A stretch of 64,000 nt of DNA from Bryobacterales bacterium (GTDB lineage Bacteria; Acidobacteriota; Terriglobia; Bryobacterales; Bryobacteraceae): assembly GCA_043745195.1 (NCBI GenBank), contig JAYTTF010000188.1:37316-101315 (forward strand). The letters are read 5' to 3'. The position numbers and the translations under genes were made by a program. This document shows positions 46,802 to 56,622 of the stretch, piece after piece (position 1 is the first letter of the stretch; each line of letters begins with the position of its first letter). The notes beneath the pieces were generated by a model that was not told where the DNA came from, made no database searches, and worked only from the letters and a program-made list of their open reading frames with translations.

Positions 46802-48885
46802 TGAAGACGGCATTGTTATCTATTTTTGTGGCTGGCAGTTTGTTAGCACAACCAGTGAAGTCTCCAGCTGAAAAACTGATTTATCCACCGTTGGGGCAAG
46901 TGAAGACTCCAGAGATTCAAACGGCAACGCTGCCGAATGGGATCAAGCTGTATTTGATGGAAAACCATGCACTACCGCTGGTGTATGGCACGGCCATTGT
47001 GCGGACAGGCAGCCTTTTCGATCCTGCAGGCAAAGTGGGTGTGGGGGAAATGGGCGCATCCATCATGCGCAGTGGTGGTACCAAAACTAAGACAGGGGAT
47101 CAATTGGATGAGCAATTGGAAAACATTGCGGCGACGGTTGAGGCCAGCATGGGCGACACCGAAGCAAGCGTCACCTTTACAACCTTGAAAGAAAATGCGG
47201 ATGAGGTAATGGCCGTGTTCAAAGATGTGCTGACGCAGCCGGAATTTCGCCAGGACAAAATCGACTTACTGAAAAATCAGTTCCGCAGCGCGATTGGCCG
47301 TCGGAATGACGATGCGGATGCAATTGCATCGCGAGAGATGGAGCAAATTGTTTATGGGCGAGATACCGTGTTTGGCCGGCAACTTGAGTATGAACATGTG
47401 GACGCCATTACGCGGCAGGACCTGCTAGCATTTCACGCACGCTATTATTTCCCGGCGAATACTATGCTGATTGTTCAGGGTGATTTTTCTGCCGCCGACA
47501 TGAAACAGAAAGTGGAAGCCTTGTTTGCCGATTGGAAAGAAGTACGTCCGCCCGTTCCAACATTTCCAAAAGTAGACCGCACCAAGAGCAAGCCCGGAAT
47601 TTATGTGGCAGAAAAAGAAAACGTGGAGCAGACCTTTTTTGAAGTGGGGCATTTGGGTGGCAAGTTGAATGACAAGGATTATCCAGCCACTGAAGTGGCG
47701 CTGAGCATCCTTGGCTCCAGTTTTTCAGGGAGGTTGTTCAACATTATCCGCACGGACAAAGGCTACGCTTACAGCGTCAGCGGAAGTTGGGGTGCGGGGT
47801 ATTTAAATGAACGGCTGCTGAACATTTCTGGTTCCGCTTCGTTGAATAAGACCACCGATACTTTGGAAATCATTCGCAGCGAAATTGGGCGGATTGGCAA
47901 GGAAGAAGTTACGGACCAGGAATTGAAATCCGCCAAATCGCGAGTGTTGAATAGTTTCATATTCAATTTTGATCAACCTCGCAAGACACTTACAAGGATG
48001 GTGAGTTATAGTTACTACGGTTATCCATCGGATCACTTATTGAGCTATCAAAAAGCCATTGCAGCAGTTACTAAAGCCGATGTACTGGCCGCAGCAAAAC
48101 GCAACTTGCAAGTGGACAAGCTGGTGTATGTGGTGGTGGGTAAAACCTCAGAGTTCGGCAGGCCGCTATCGGATTTGAAACTGCCCATTAGTAAGATTGA
48201 CCTCACCATACCAGAGCCGAAAAAGAAGTCGAATGCCAAGACCGATGCAACTGGCGCAGCGAAAGCTAAACAGTTGCTGGCACGCGCTCAGCAGGCAATG
48301 GGCGGAGCTGAGGCTTTAGCTGCAATCAAGGACATGACCTGGAACGTGGATATGAACATGGCTGGCACATCGCTAAAGTCCAAGAATCTGTTCCGCGTAC
48401 CCAATCAGTTCCGGCAGGAACAGGAGTTGCCATTCGGCAAGGTGCTTGTTTATTCGGACGGCACCACCGGATGGATGAAAACGCCGCAAGGTGAAATTCC
48501 CATGCCACCTGAATTCCTGACGCAAGTAAGAGGGCAGATTATGAAGTTACTGCCGACTTTGGTGATAAGCGACAGGGTTGCCAATCGCACCATATCCCTT
48601 GTTGACGACAACACGGTGGAAATTTCTGAACCGGGCAACCCTTCCATGAAATTGCGGTTCAATGCCAAGTCAGGCTTGCCGGACAAAGTGAGTTACGCTT
48701 CAACAGGAATGCAGGGAATGGTGGATGTGGAAGAGGAGTTGGACGACTTCCGCGATATTGGCGGTGGCGTGAAAATGTACTTTAAACAAAGCGTAACGCA
48801 ATCGGGACAGAAGGCAACTTCTGTGCTGAGCGACTACAAGATCAATACTGGTCTGACCAAAGAGGCATTGAGCGCCAAACCATGA
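46801..48885 (+). CDS. M16 family peptidase-like protein (no HxxEH) with a C-terminal LolA-like extension
   Basis: 694 aa. M16 fold similarity, but GEMGASIMRSGG replaces the zinc motif. The last ~210 aa (AKQLLARAQQAMGGAEALAAIKD...FRDIGGGVKMYF...YKIN) are paralogous to the next gene. The start codon overlaps the upstream stop (TAATG). Confidence 0.85.
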   Translation: MKTALLSIFVAGSLLAQPVKSPAEKLIYPPLGQVKTPEIQTATLPNGIKLYLMENHALPLVYGTAIVRTGSLFDPAGKVGVGEMGASIMRSGGTKTKTGDQLDEQLENIAATVEASMGDTEASVTFTTLKENADEVMAVFKDVLTQPEFRQDKIDLLKNQFRSAIGRRNDDADAIASREMEQIVYGRDTVFGRQLEYEHVDAITRQDLLAFHARYYFPANTMLIVQGDFSAADMKQKVEALFADWKEVRPPVPTFPKVDRTKSKPGIYVAEKENVEQTFFEVGHLGGKLNDKDYPATEVALSILGSSFSGRLFNIIRTDKGYAYSVSGSWGAGYLNERLLNISGSASLNKTTDTLEIIRSEIGRIGKEEVTDQELKSAKSRVLNSFIFNFDQPRKTLTRMVSYSYYGYPSDHLLSYQKAIAAVTKADVLAAAKRNLQVDKLVYVVVGKTSEFGRPLSDLKLPISKIDLTIPEPKKKSNAKTDATGAAKAKQLLARAQQAMGGAEALAAIKDMTWNVDMNMAGTSLKSKNLFRVPNQFRQEQELPFGKVLVYSDGTTGWMKTPQGEIPMPPEFLTQVRGQIMKLLPTLVISDRVANRTISLVDDNTVEISEPGNPSMKLRFNAKSGLPDKVSYASTGMQGMVDVEEELDDFRDIGGGVKMYFKQSVTQSGQKATSVLSDYKINTGLTKEALSAKP

Positions 48886-49688
48886 AAGCTTTTAGTTTGC
48901 TGATGATCTTCGCCATGGGCGGATTTGCCCAGGAAACCGGCATCCAACAGCGAGGCCGTAAAGTGGTGGATACTGCGCTGGAAGCCTTGGGAGGTGCGCA
49001 ATTTCTGGCTGTAACGAGCCGCACAGAACAGGGACGTCTGTATTCATTCCATAACGACCGAACCACCGGGGCGGCTCGGGCAAAACTCTATACAGCTTAT
49101 GTTTCCCGTCCTGAAGGGGCGGCTGCTGGATTCTTTGGACAACGGGAACGACAGTCATTTCTATCCAAGAAAGATAAGGAAGAGCGTGCCGTAATTTTCA
49201 ACGAATTAGAGGCCTTTGATTTGGGTTATCGGGGTGCTACGCCAATAGCAAAAGACGTTTATGACCGATACCGTGATTCGGCGCTACGCAACATCTTTTA
49301 CATTTTGAAGCATCGCCGTAACGAGAAGGGGATGATTTTTGAGTACCGCGAAACAACTACCCTGGATAATCTTCCCGTGGAAGTAGTGGACATTACAGAT
49401 GACGAAAACCGTGTTGTGAAAGTGTATTTTCACCTTTCGACACATTTGCCTTTGCGGCAAGTGTATGAGCGGCGCAATCCTGAGACTCGCGAATTGAATG
49501 AAGAAATTTCCATGTTCACAAAGTACCGTGACGTTGGCGGTGGTGTGAAGTGGCCGTTCAACATCACTCGGCATCGCAACGGGGAAAAGATTTTCGAATT
49601 GTTCTCTGAGTCGGTAAAGATCAACGAACCCATCAGCGACAGCCAATTCAAGCTGCCTACCGGCGTCGCCATCATTAAGAGACGCTAA
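48882..49688 (+). CDS. Secreted LolA-like/DUF protein paralogous to the C-terminus of the upstream M16-like protein
   Basis: 268 aa. Signal peptide MKAFSLLMIFAMGGFAQE. Shares blocks with the upstream gene: ALEALGGAQFLAV vs AMGGAEALAAI, YRDVGGGVKWPF vs FRDIGGGVKMYF, SVKINEP vs DYKINTG. ATGA overlap with the upstream gene. Confidence 0.75.
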   Translation: MKAFSLLMIFAMGGFAQETGIQQRGRKVVDTALEALGGAQFLAVTSRTEQGRLYSFHNDRTTGAARAKLYTAYVSRPEGAAAGFFGQRERQSFLSKKDKEERAVIFNELEAFDLGYRGATPIAKDVYDRYRDSALRNIFYILKHRRNEKGMIFEYRETTTLDNLPVEVVDITDDENRVVKVYFHLSTHLPLRQVYERRNPETRELNEEISMFTKYRDVGGGVKWPFNITRHRNGEKIFELFSESVKINEPISDSQFKLPTGVAIIKRR

Positions 49689-50531
49689 CTAATTCTCGGT
49701 TGGTTTTTCAACACTATCGACCACAATCATCGGGACGGGTCCTTTCTGTGATTCCAACTTCAAACCGAGCTGTTCCTGAAGAGCGGTGAAGATAGACGGA
49801 CCACCCGTATCGGATGGCGGCGGTGGAGGTGCTGGTGGCCCGCCAAAAGGTCCGAAGCCTGCTTGCGATTCGTCAGGGGTCCATTTCAATTCGAAATCGT
49901 ACTGTTCCGTGAGCCCGGTTTTATCAATCACCTGACGACCCAATTGGTTTGACAGGTTATTGGCCAGCATCGCCATATCCATTTGCTTTCCGGTCATTTG
50001 ACCACGACCCATGCTCATCATGCCTGGCGTTTCCTGGCCCTGAGTCTCCGCCACTTTCATTTTCGATCCGCCCTTGCCGGGGACCAGAGCATAGATAGGA
50101 AACTCCTTGGTTTCGCGATGGAACTTCAGTTTGAAACGGTCTTCCAGCAGTGACAGGATCATGGGCTGCAGTTCGTCTCTACCAATCTGTCCTGTCCCAT
50201 CGGTCTTGGCATTAACATCGAAACGTTCAGTCCCCATCCAATTAGGCCCACCTGAAATCTGGAATTGCCGCACACCCAGAGCCTGCTCAATCAAGGACCT
50301 GACACTGACGTTCTCGCAAACAAAACGGCCTCGGCTGGTTTGGACACGCACGCCATGGAAGGCGGGGTCGCCTGGTTTAATCGAAACCACCTCGAATGCC
50401 TTCCGGGCTGAAGGGGAATTCTGCGCATTGGCAAGGCCTGCGGCGATGCAAGCCAAGGTGGTTCGACGAGTAAGAGGAAAAGTGTTTTGTTTCATAAAAT
50501 CATGCAACATGTTCGAATATACGGCATGCAA
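49689..50531 (-). CDS. TIGR03435-family (Acidobacteria-typical) periplasmic protein
   Basis: 280 aa. FEVVSIKPGDP, ENVSVRSLIEQA, GGPNWMGTERFDVNAKT, LLEDRFKLKFHRETKEFPIYALV, VIDKTGLTEQYDFELKW, TALQEQLGLKLESQKGPVPMIVVDSVEKPTEN. The start may be the internal ATG at 50495. Confidence 0.85.
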   Translation of the reverse strand: MHAVYSNMLHDFMKQNTFPLTRRTTLACIAAGLANAQNSPSARKAFEVVSIKPGDPAFHGVRVQTSRGRFVCENVSVRSLIEQALGVRQFQISGGPNWMGTERFDVNAKTDGTGQIGRDELQPMILSLLEDRFKLKFHRETKEFPIYALVPGKGGSKMKVAETQGQETPGMMSMGRGQMTGKQMDMAMLANNLSNQLGRQVIDKTGLTEQYDFELKWTPDESQAGFGPFGGPPAPPPPPSDTGGPSIFTALQEQLGLKLESQKGPVPMIVVDSVEKPTEN

Positions 50532-50598
50532 CAGAAAGGTTCCAGCAATTGTACGTTTCCTTGTTTACGGGTACAATCGAACCGTTAGGAGTGCACTC

Positions 50599-51201
50599 AT
50601 GAATTTTCGTTGCTTATGGTTTTTGATGGCCGGGATGGCCTTTGGACAGCAGGGGCCCAACGCTCCGGATCCGAATCGGCTTCCCGATGAATCACGTGCG
50701 TTGAAAGCTTATCTGGGACTGACGGATGATCAGTTAATGCAGATGCGTAAGGCTGCCGAGTTACTTCACCAATCGGCCAATGAAAAGGTCCGTGCTATGC
50801 AGCCACAGTTGGAACAGAAGCGGTTGGCCATTCAACAATTGCTGGGCGGCAAGAATCCTGACCCCACTGCTTTGGGCAAGGCAGTATTGGAATTGCGGGC
50901 TGTCGAAAAGCAGATTGGTGAGATTCACGATGGAGCACGCCAGGGTGCTTTGGCGGTTCTTACGCCGGAACAACGCACAAAATTTAAGTCGATCGAAGAT
51001 GCCGCGTTACTGCCAGAGGCAACGCGCGATGCCATTCGGATGGGGCTTACTCCAGTTGGCCAAACGATGGGGAACCCCGGCGGCGGGAATCGCGGGAATC
51101 AAGGTCCGCAGCAAATCCGCGGCACGCAAATGGATGGACCTCGACCACAAATGCAGCAGACGCCTGGGCAGCCGCAACCAAAGCGAGAGGAATATCTATG
51201 A
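50599..51201 (+). CDS. Periplasmic Spy/CpxP-like (LTXXQ motif) protein
   Basis: The ATG at 50599 opens the signal peptide MNFRCLWFLMAGMAFGQQ. LTXXQ motifs LGLTDDQLMQM and LTPEQRTKF. Gln/Pro/Gly-rich tail. The 5' 490 nt of the track ORF (50107-) is antisense shadow of the TIGR03435 gene. Confidence 0.75.
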   Translation: MNFRCLWFLMAGMAFGQQGPNAPDPNRLPDESRALKAYLGLTDDQLMQMRKAAELLHQSANEKVRAMQPQLEQKRLAIQQLLGGKNPDPTALGKAVLELRAVEKQIGEIHDGARQGALAVLTPEQRTKFKSIEDAALLPEATRDAIRMGLTPVGQTMGNPGGGNRGNQGPQQIRGTQMDGPRPQMQQTPGQPQPKREEYL

Positions 51202-52337
51202 CACCCAACATGCTGGGAGCCTACGGCGAATGGGCGGTGCAGGGCATGCAGGATCCGCCTCGGCTATCCTTTCGTCAGCCGATGTTCACTAATGTGGATT
51301 CATGGCGAGCAGTGGCGCGTGCGCGATTCCGGGAACTTCTTTCCGGGCCTGCTGCTTCACAAACTCCAATTCCAGTGGTGCAACACCAAGTGGAATTCGA
51401 TGGGCTTTCCATTGAGCATCTGCACTGGCAACTACCCTACGGCCCAGCTACCGATGCGCTGGTACTGAAACCTGCAAAGGCAATTGGAAAACTGCCAGGA
51501 GTTGTGGCATTGCACGATCATGGCGGCAACAAGTATTTTGGTTATCGCAAAATCACGCAGATGTCAAAGGACCCGCACCCGTTAATGATCCGCCATCAGG
51601 AACGTTATTACGGCGGCTTAGCTTGGGCCAACGAATTGGCGAAACGCGGCTATGTGGTGTTGGTGCACGATGCCTTCGCGTTTGGAAGCCGCCGTATGAT
51701 GCTAGCCGATCTGCCAGCCAATATCCGGAACAACATGGTTGAGGCCAATCCCGAATCGGAAGAAGAGATTGTGCGCTATAACCAGTTCGCCAGTGCGCAT
51801 GAGCATATCATTGCGAAAAGTTTGATCAGCGCGGGAATGACTTGGCCCGGCGTATTTGTTTCGGATGATCAACGGGCATTGGATTATTTGGCATCGCGTA
51901 AAGATGTGGATGCAACGCGGCTGGGCTGCGGTGGCTTATCGGGCGGCGGACTGCGGACGGTGATGCTGGCCGGAGCCGATGAGCGGATTCGCTGTTCCTG
52001 TTGCGTAGGCATGATGACCACTTGGCGCGACTATGCTTTGAGTAAGTCGCACACACATACATGGATGTGTTACATCCCAGGCTTACCCAAGGAATTGGAC
52101 TATCCGGAGATTCTGGGCCTGAGTGCGCCCAACCCTGTGCTGGTACTGAACAACAATCAGGATGCTTTGTTCTCGCTGCCGGAAATGCAGCGCGCTGACC
52201 GGATTCTGATTGACGTTTACAAGAAGGCTGCAGCCGCCGAGCGCTATAAAGCCAACTTCTATGAAGGTCCGCATAAGTTCGATGCCGCCATGCAGAAGGA
52301 TGCGTTTGCCTGGTTCGATCGCTGGTTGAAGAGCTAA
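51198..52337 (+). CDS. Alpha/beta hydrolase (dienelactone hydrolase / acetyl-esterase-like)
   Basis: 379 aa. LHDHGGNKYFG. Nucleophile elbow GCGGLSGGG. ATGA overlap with the upstream gene. Confidence 0.75.
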   Translation: MTPNMLGAYGEWAVQGMQDPPRLSFRQPMFTNVDSWRAVARARFRELLSGPAASQTPIPVVQHQVEFDGLSIEHLHWQLPYGPATDALVLKPAKAIGKLPGVVALHDHGGNKYFGYRKITQMSKDPHPLMIRHQERYYGGLAWANELAKRGYVVLVHDAFAFGSRRMMLADLPANIRNNMVEANPESEEEIVRYNQFASAHEHIIAKSLISAGMTWPGVFVSDDQRALDYLASRKDVDATRLGCGGLSGGGLRTVMLAGADERIRCSCCVGMMTTWRDYALSKSHTHTWMCYIPGLPKELDYPEILGLSAPNPVLVLNNNQDALFSLPEMQRADRILIDVYKKAAAAERYKANFYEGPHKFDAAMQKDAFAWFDRWLKS

Positions 52338-52414
52338 GTTTTCAAACTCGCTTGCGTCCTCTGGTCAGTTGTTCTATATAATGTAGGCCTCTCTGAAACG
52401 TTAAAGAGGTCTAT

Positions 52415-52690
52415 GTGCGAGTACTTATTCTTTGTGTTTTTCTCTTGCTGGTTTCTGGCCTGTCCACCGCCCAAGATACACGCGGAAGCATTTCCGGAAC
52501 TGTAACGGATGCCCAGAAAGCCACCGTTGCAGGAGCGGCGGTCTTAATCGCCAATACGGGAACTGGCACTGCTCACCACAAATGCCAGTGGTTACTACGA
52601 AGCAGCTTTGCTGTTACCCGGGGATTATCGTGTAACTGTGGAAAATGCCGGATTCAAAACATCAGTGCACTCGGGAATTTCCTTAGGCGC
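52415..52690 (+). pseudogene. N-terminal fragment of a carboxypeptidase-regulatory-domain TonB-dependent receptor (frameshifted and truncated)
   Basis: GTG at 52415 (RBS AAGAGG) gives MRVLILCVFLLLVSGLSTAQDTRGSISGTVTDAQKATVAGAAVLIANTGTGTA. The conserved continuation LTTNASGYYEAALLLPGDYRVTVENAGFKTSVHSGISLGAVG is in another frame (1-nt loss at ~52571). Homology stops at ~52690. Confidence 0.7.
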
Positions 52691-53283
52691 GGTCGGCAAT
52701 GATGCAAACCGAACCGATGCCAAACCGGCTTTTCAACCGCTCCACAATGGGGATCAGACTCTTAACATCAGCGATCCTCTCGGCTTGGCGGTCACCTGCA
52801 CGATATCAACTGGCGGAACGCAACCGGTTCATTAACCCGCGCATCGCACCGGGGGAATTAGATGTTCAGCAACTGACAGATACGGATTGCATCGCGACTG
52901 CTCCTCGCCTACTCTGCGCCCTTGATTGCGAATTCAGGGATGCGCACGTTGAATTGCCAGGCTCCGGCAAATAGCCCAGGTCTTGGCCCGTGATGAAGAT
53001 TTTCATTGGAAGGTTCTCATCGCAACCGCCTTTCGGGAGCGTGTTTTGGACTTCGCTGGACAATCTAACCGCGTGGTTTCTAGATTTTGCTACAAGGCGA
53101 AGGGTGGTATTTCGTGAACGGTGGCAGCAACCGCGGCTTTCAGTGCGAACTCGCACGGCACCAAGGGTTATGGAGTGGTCATCACTACGGCGGCGCAGCA
53201 TTCAATCGCGAAATCATCGATTCGCGCAGCCCGCGCCTATAGTTGGGATTCGCTCGACAAACCACCCCTGCGGTAGTAACATT
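52690..53283 (-). mobile_element. Degraded IS4/IS1634-like transposase remnant
   Basis: The minus strand reads ...ADVKSLIPIVERLKSRFGIGSVCIIADR at ~52690-52775. This matches the conserved GN-x-x-D...L..RFGI..V..VADRGM block of IS1634-type DDE transposases. Upstream pieces (..ARSSRDAIRICQLL.., ..PEFAIKGAE..) are scattered over three frames with stops. Confidence 0.45.
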
Positions 53284-53529
53284 TCATTTGCTGAGTCTTT
53301 GCTTCAAATTCCCAACGTGTACGCTGATCTGGACCCATTTGAAGCGCCTGCCTTGCTTGGAGCACATCTGCAATTCGCCGCGCTGATAAAATTTCTTGGC
53401 GGCCTGCTGGCTAGTATTGGCTTCTTGGGGCCAAAGCTGGCCCCGAATATTGGCATCGCAGACTGGCATTGGAGCCTCTTGGGCCAAGCATATGGTTCCG
53501 AATATCGCCAAGTACGCGAAATATCTCAC
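53284..53529 (-). CDS. Small secreted hypothetical protein
   Basis: 81 aa. Signal peptide MRYFAYLAIFGTICLAQEA. Two Cys in the mature part. Same orientation as, and directly downstream of, the Kelch gene. Confidence 0.4.
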   Translation of the reverse strand: MRYFAYLAIFGTICLAQEAPMPVCDANIRGQLWPQEANTSQQAAKKFYQRGELQMCSKQGRRFKWVQISVHVGNLKQRLSK

Positions 53530-53611
53530 AGCCCTATTATTGGTGGCAATGTCCCATTCGCGCCCCTCTTAAGGTCCCATTACCTGTTCAATTTGTACCG
53601 GTATCCAGCCG

Positions 53612-55306
53612 CTACTTAACCGCGATGGTTACCCCAGCCTGACTACTTACTCCACCGATTGTCAAAACCACCGGAACTCCATTCCCCGCAGTAATTCCCT
53701 CAGGTAATCGTACATTCAACTGCATCACTCCAGCAGTTCCCGGAGCCTGTCCGCGAAACAGAACCTCACCAGCAAGCCCGCCAATACTTACCGTGGCTGG
53801 CAATACAGGTTCAGGAAAGCTCCCCACAGGATATCCTCCCGTCCGGCTTGCCGGGTTCGTAATGCCTTGTCCTGTTGCATAAAGCACTATCACGCTTCCG
53901 GCCAGCGCCGGATTATCAGGCGCGTTGATGCTGCCATCCTGATTCCACACCCGTGTTACTAAGCCCGGTTTCGTTGCCACCACTGGCATAGTAACTATGT
54001 CACTCGCTTGGCCATTCACAGTAACTACCAGCCGAGCTTCTGTTGATCCACTTACTTCATATGGAACCTGTATGTTAATCTGCCCAGTGCTCACGAAGTA
54101 CAGTGGTGCAGGTTGACCATTCATGCTAACCACCACACCGGACCCGGAAGTTGGAAGCAAACCAGTTCCAGTGTCGAACCCCAATGAAACGCCGGTCGCC
54201 GGTCCCAATCCACTTCCGAACAAGGACACGATTTCGCCGGGAGCCACTCTGCCTCCTACACCGCTAAACACATTGCCCAACCCGGCCTGACTGATTTCAG
54301 GACGAACCACCGCAGCCCCTGCACCCAGCATCCACAACTCGTTTGTCGAACCACTAGCTGTACTCCCCCCGAAGAAAAAGCTTGCCCCGCGGTCCATCGC
54401 ATACGCACTTTCATGGCGGGATCGAGCGGATGGGGAAGGACCACTAACAGTCGGCATCAACCAACTTCCCTGCAGCGAGTTGTATTCCCAAGTATCATTC
54501 AATTGCCCATTTCCATTACCGCCAAATACAACCAGCCGACTCCGAACTGTATCGAAGACCATGCCATAGTGTTCCCGTGGAGGTAAATTATTTCGTGGAG
54601 TTCGCTCGGTCCAAGTGTTGGCTGCGAGATCAAAAGACCAAAGATCGCCTTGGGGACAAGGGCCCGAACCGCTGGAGCATCCGCCATACAAATACATCTG
54701 TCCAGCAGCAGCATCCAATACGGCATGATGCAGACACCTGCGCAGTGGACGATTTCCCGCAGGGCCAATACTGTTCCAAGTGTTGTTCGATAAATTAAAC
54801 GCCCAAGTGTCATCAAAACGGCCAGCGCTGGTAAACCCATGCGAGATAATCATACGTCCCCGCCCAGGCTCGTAAACTGCCGAATGCCCATAGCGCTTGG
54901 TTGGCCCTGTGTCGTCAGCACTCAAGCGACTCCAAGTGCGGCGCGGTATATCGAATGCCCAAACATCACTGAAAAACCCACTCGCCTGACCGCCAAAAGC
55001 TACCAGCCGGTTGTTCGCAGCATCGAAGATCAAAGTATGACCAGAACGGGCAGGTGGCAGCGTACCGGAAGGTTGAATTTCAGTCCAACGCCGATCAGCT
55101 ATTGAGTAAACCCACAGATCGTTTCTGGGCGCAGAATCCCGTCCTCCAAATAGAAAAATCTGCCCGCCACTGGGTTCATAGGCAATGGGGGCATCAAAAC
55201 GGGCAGAAGGTTTCTGTCCATCTGCAGGAAGCAGGGAATAGGTGAGTGTTTGTGCCTCCATTACAAAGGCAAACAGGAAAAGGAATAGCATGGTTATTCT
55301 CCACAT
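53612..55306 (-). CDS. Secreted Kelch-repeat beta-propeller protein with a TIGR03437 (Soli_cterm)-like C-terminal domain
   Basis: Kelch-type blades: PSARFDAPIAY, PPARSGHTLIF, PTKRYGHSAVY, PLRRCLHHAVL, PPREHYGMVF, PSARSRHESAY. C-terminal APGEIVSLFGSGLGP...PLYFVSTGQINIQVPYEV...VLYATGQG...GVMQLNVRLP. The start is either ATG 55306 or ATG 55291 (the latter has a GGAGA RBS); the track ORF extends to 55360. Confidence 0.85.
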   Translation of the reverse strand: MWRITMLFLFLFAFVMEAQTLTYSLLPADGQKPSARFDAPIAYEPSGGQIFLFGGRDSAPRNDLWVYSIADRRWTEIQPSGTLPPARSGHTLIFDAANNRLVAFGGQASGFFSDVWAFDIPRRTWSRLSADDTGPTKRYGHSAVYEPGRGRMIISHGFTSAGRFDDTWAFNLSNNTWNSIGPAGNRPLRRCLHHAVLDAAAGQMYLYGGCSSGSGPCPQGDLWSFDLAANTWTERTPRNNLPPREHYGMVFDTVRSRLVVFGGNGNGQLNDTWEYNSLQGSWLMPTVSGPSPSARSRHESAYAMDRGASFFFGGSTASGSTNELWMLGAGAAVVRPEISQAGLGNVFSGVGGRVAPGEIVSLFGSGLGPATGVSLGFDTGTGLLPTSGSGVVVSMNGQPAPLYFVSTGQINIQVPYEVSGSTEARLVVTVNGQASDIVTMPVVATKPGLVTRVWNQDGSINAPDNPALAGSVIVLYATGQGITNPASRTGGYPVGSFPEPVLPATVSIGGLAGEVLFRGQAPGTAGVMQLNVRLPEGITAGNGVPVVLTIGGVSSQAGVTIAVK

Positions 55307-55416
55307 ACGAAATATATCCAATTCCGGATCGTAAATATTCCCATCTCCGAAAACAAACAACCCTCCGGCTCACCTTATGTGAGAACGGAGGGCTGTTGAT
55401 TTGACGCTTTTGCGGA

Positions 55417-56622
55417 CTATTTTGCTGTGACGCGCATCGAAATACGGCGATTCTTCTGCCGTCCTTCTTCAGTAGCATTATCAGCAATCGGGTTGCCTTC
55501 GCCATAACCTTCTGAAGTTAACCGGTCGGCAGCCACACCCAGTTTCGCCAGTTCCGCGGCCACGTTTTTGGCCCGCTCTTCAGACAGCTTTTGATTCGCT
55601 GCCTTGTCGCCGGTGTTGTCGGTATATCCGCCCACCTTCGCTTTTACATTTGGGAAAGCCTTGAAGATGTTTGCTATATCGTCCAACTGTGCTTGCGATG
55701 CTGCCTGCAATGTTGCCTTGCCCGTATCAAACAACAAACGATCAAAATCAAACCAGGTTGTTTTATCAACCGGCTTGGCAGCGTCCTCAATGAAATCCAA
55801 TAGTTTGTTTTCCACACCTAAACGAGGGATGTTCAATTCAATGCCATTTGGCAATTTCCGTTTAAAGAACTCACCGAGTGCCGCCCACATATTCCTGGCC
55901 GCATCGCCAACCGCGCTTGTAGCCGTTGTAGTTGCTACTTCTGCTGTCTTCGCAACTTCTTTCACTGCCGGTGCGCTCTGGTTCAGGAACCAAAACAATC
56001 CACCAAGCAATGCCAGACCAAGCAAAGCAGGAACCAACCACTTCATCCCGGAAGCTGCTTCGTCAGCTACGACTGTTGCTGCGGGCATGGAAGGAAGGCT
56101 ACCCAAAAGGCCACTTACACCAGCCGGCAGGAAACCTTTCAAGGAAGGACCTTCAGCCTTCAACATATTTCCCAACGAGGCTGCATTCAAATTTCCATCA
56201 CCTATTTTCTGGTTTAGAAGACCCATCACCATTGGAGCGGCCATGCTTAGAATGCTGGTTGCTGAACTGGACTTCAATCCGGAAGCTGCACTGATTGCAC
56301 TGGCAATACCAGATTGTTGTCCACCAAGAACCTGGGAAAGGAATTTCATGCCCATGTCCGTGACCGATGAACTTGCGCTTCCCGATGCCAAAGATCCAAG
56401 GCTGGAAAGTAGGCCGGAACTTCCAGAACCCGTCACCATGCCGAAAATTGTCTTTAGAAAGTCACCATCCCCAGCCTTACCGGCCAGAGATCCCAGAATA
56501 CTTGCTGCGCCACCTGTCAAACCTTTCGTAACCGCACTTTCCGATTCACCCAGACGCGAGGACAATGCCCCTACGATTTGCGGGGTTGCCATGCTGATCA
56601 AACTTTCGATCATTGAACTCAT
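55417..56622 (-). CDS. DUF937-OmpA_C fusion protein (peptidoglycan-associated)
   Basis: The ATG at 56622 has a GAGGAGA RBS. N-terminal MSSMIESLISMATPQIVGALSSRLGESESAVTKGL (DUF937-like), a TM segment WLVPALLGLALLGGLFWF, and a C-terminal OmpA block VGGYTDNTGDKAANQKLSEERAKNVAAEL...GYGEGNPIADNATEEGRQKNRRISMRV. Confidence 0.85.
   Translation of the reverse strand: MSSMIESLISMATPQIVGALSSRLGESESAVTKGLTGGAASILGSLAGKAGDGDFLKTIFGMVTGSGSSGLLSSLGSLASGSASSSVTDMGMKFLSQVLGGQQSGIASAISAASGLKSSSATSILSMAAPMVMGLLNQKIGDGNLNAASLGNMLKAEGPSLKGFLPAGVSGLLGSLPSMPAATVVADEAASGMKWLVPALLGLALLGGLFWFLNQSAPAVKEVAKTAEVATTTATSAVGDAARNMWAALGEFFKRKLPNGIELNIPRLGVENKLLDFIEDAAKPVDKTTWFDFDRLLFDTGKATLQAASQAQLDDIANIFKAFPNVKAKVGGYTDNTGDKAANQKLSEERAKNVAAELAKLGVAADRLTSEGYGEGNPIADNATEEGRQKNRRISMRVTAK

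Noticed and set aside
49685-49692. CTAACTAA 4-bp tandem repeat at the junction of two convergent genes
   Set aside because: It looked like a third YTAR-type footprint. But it is simply TAA (plus-strand gene) abutting CTA (reverse TAG of the minus-strand gene). No frame is disturbed, so chance is sufficient.
50107-50598. 5' part of the 364-aa track ORF upstream of the Spy-like gene
   Set aside because: It overlaps the TIGR03435 gene in antisense. A signal peptide starts at the internal ATG at 50599.
52990-53619. 209-aa plus-strand ORF in the debris region
   Set aside because: No motifs and an implausible composition. It lies over the transposase relic and antisense to the small secreted ORF.
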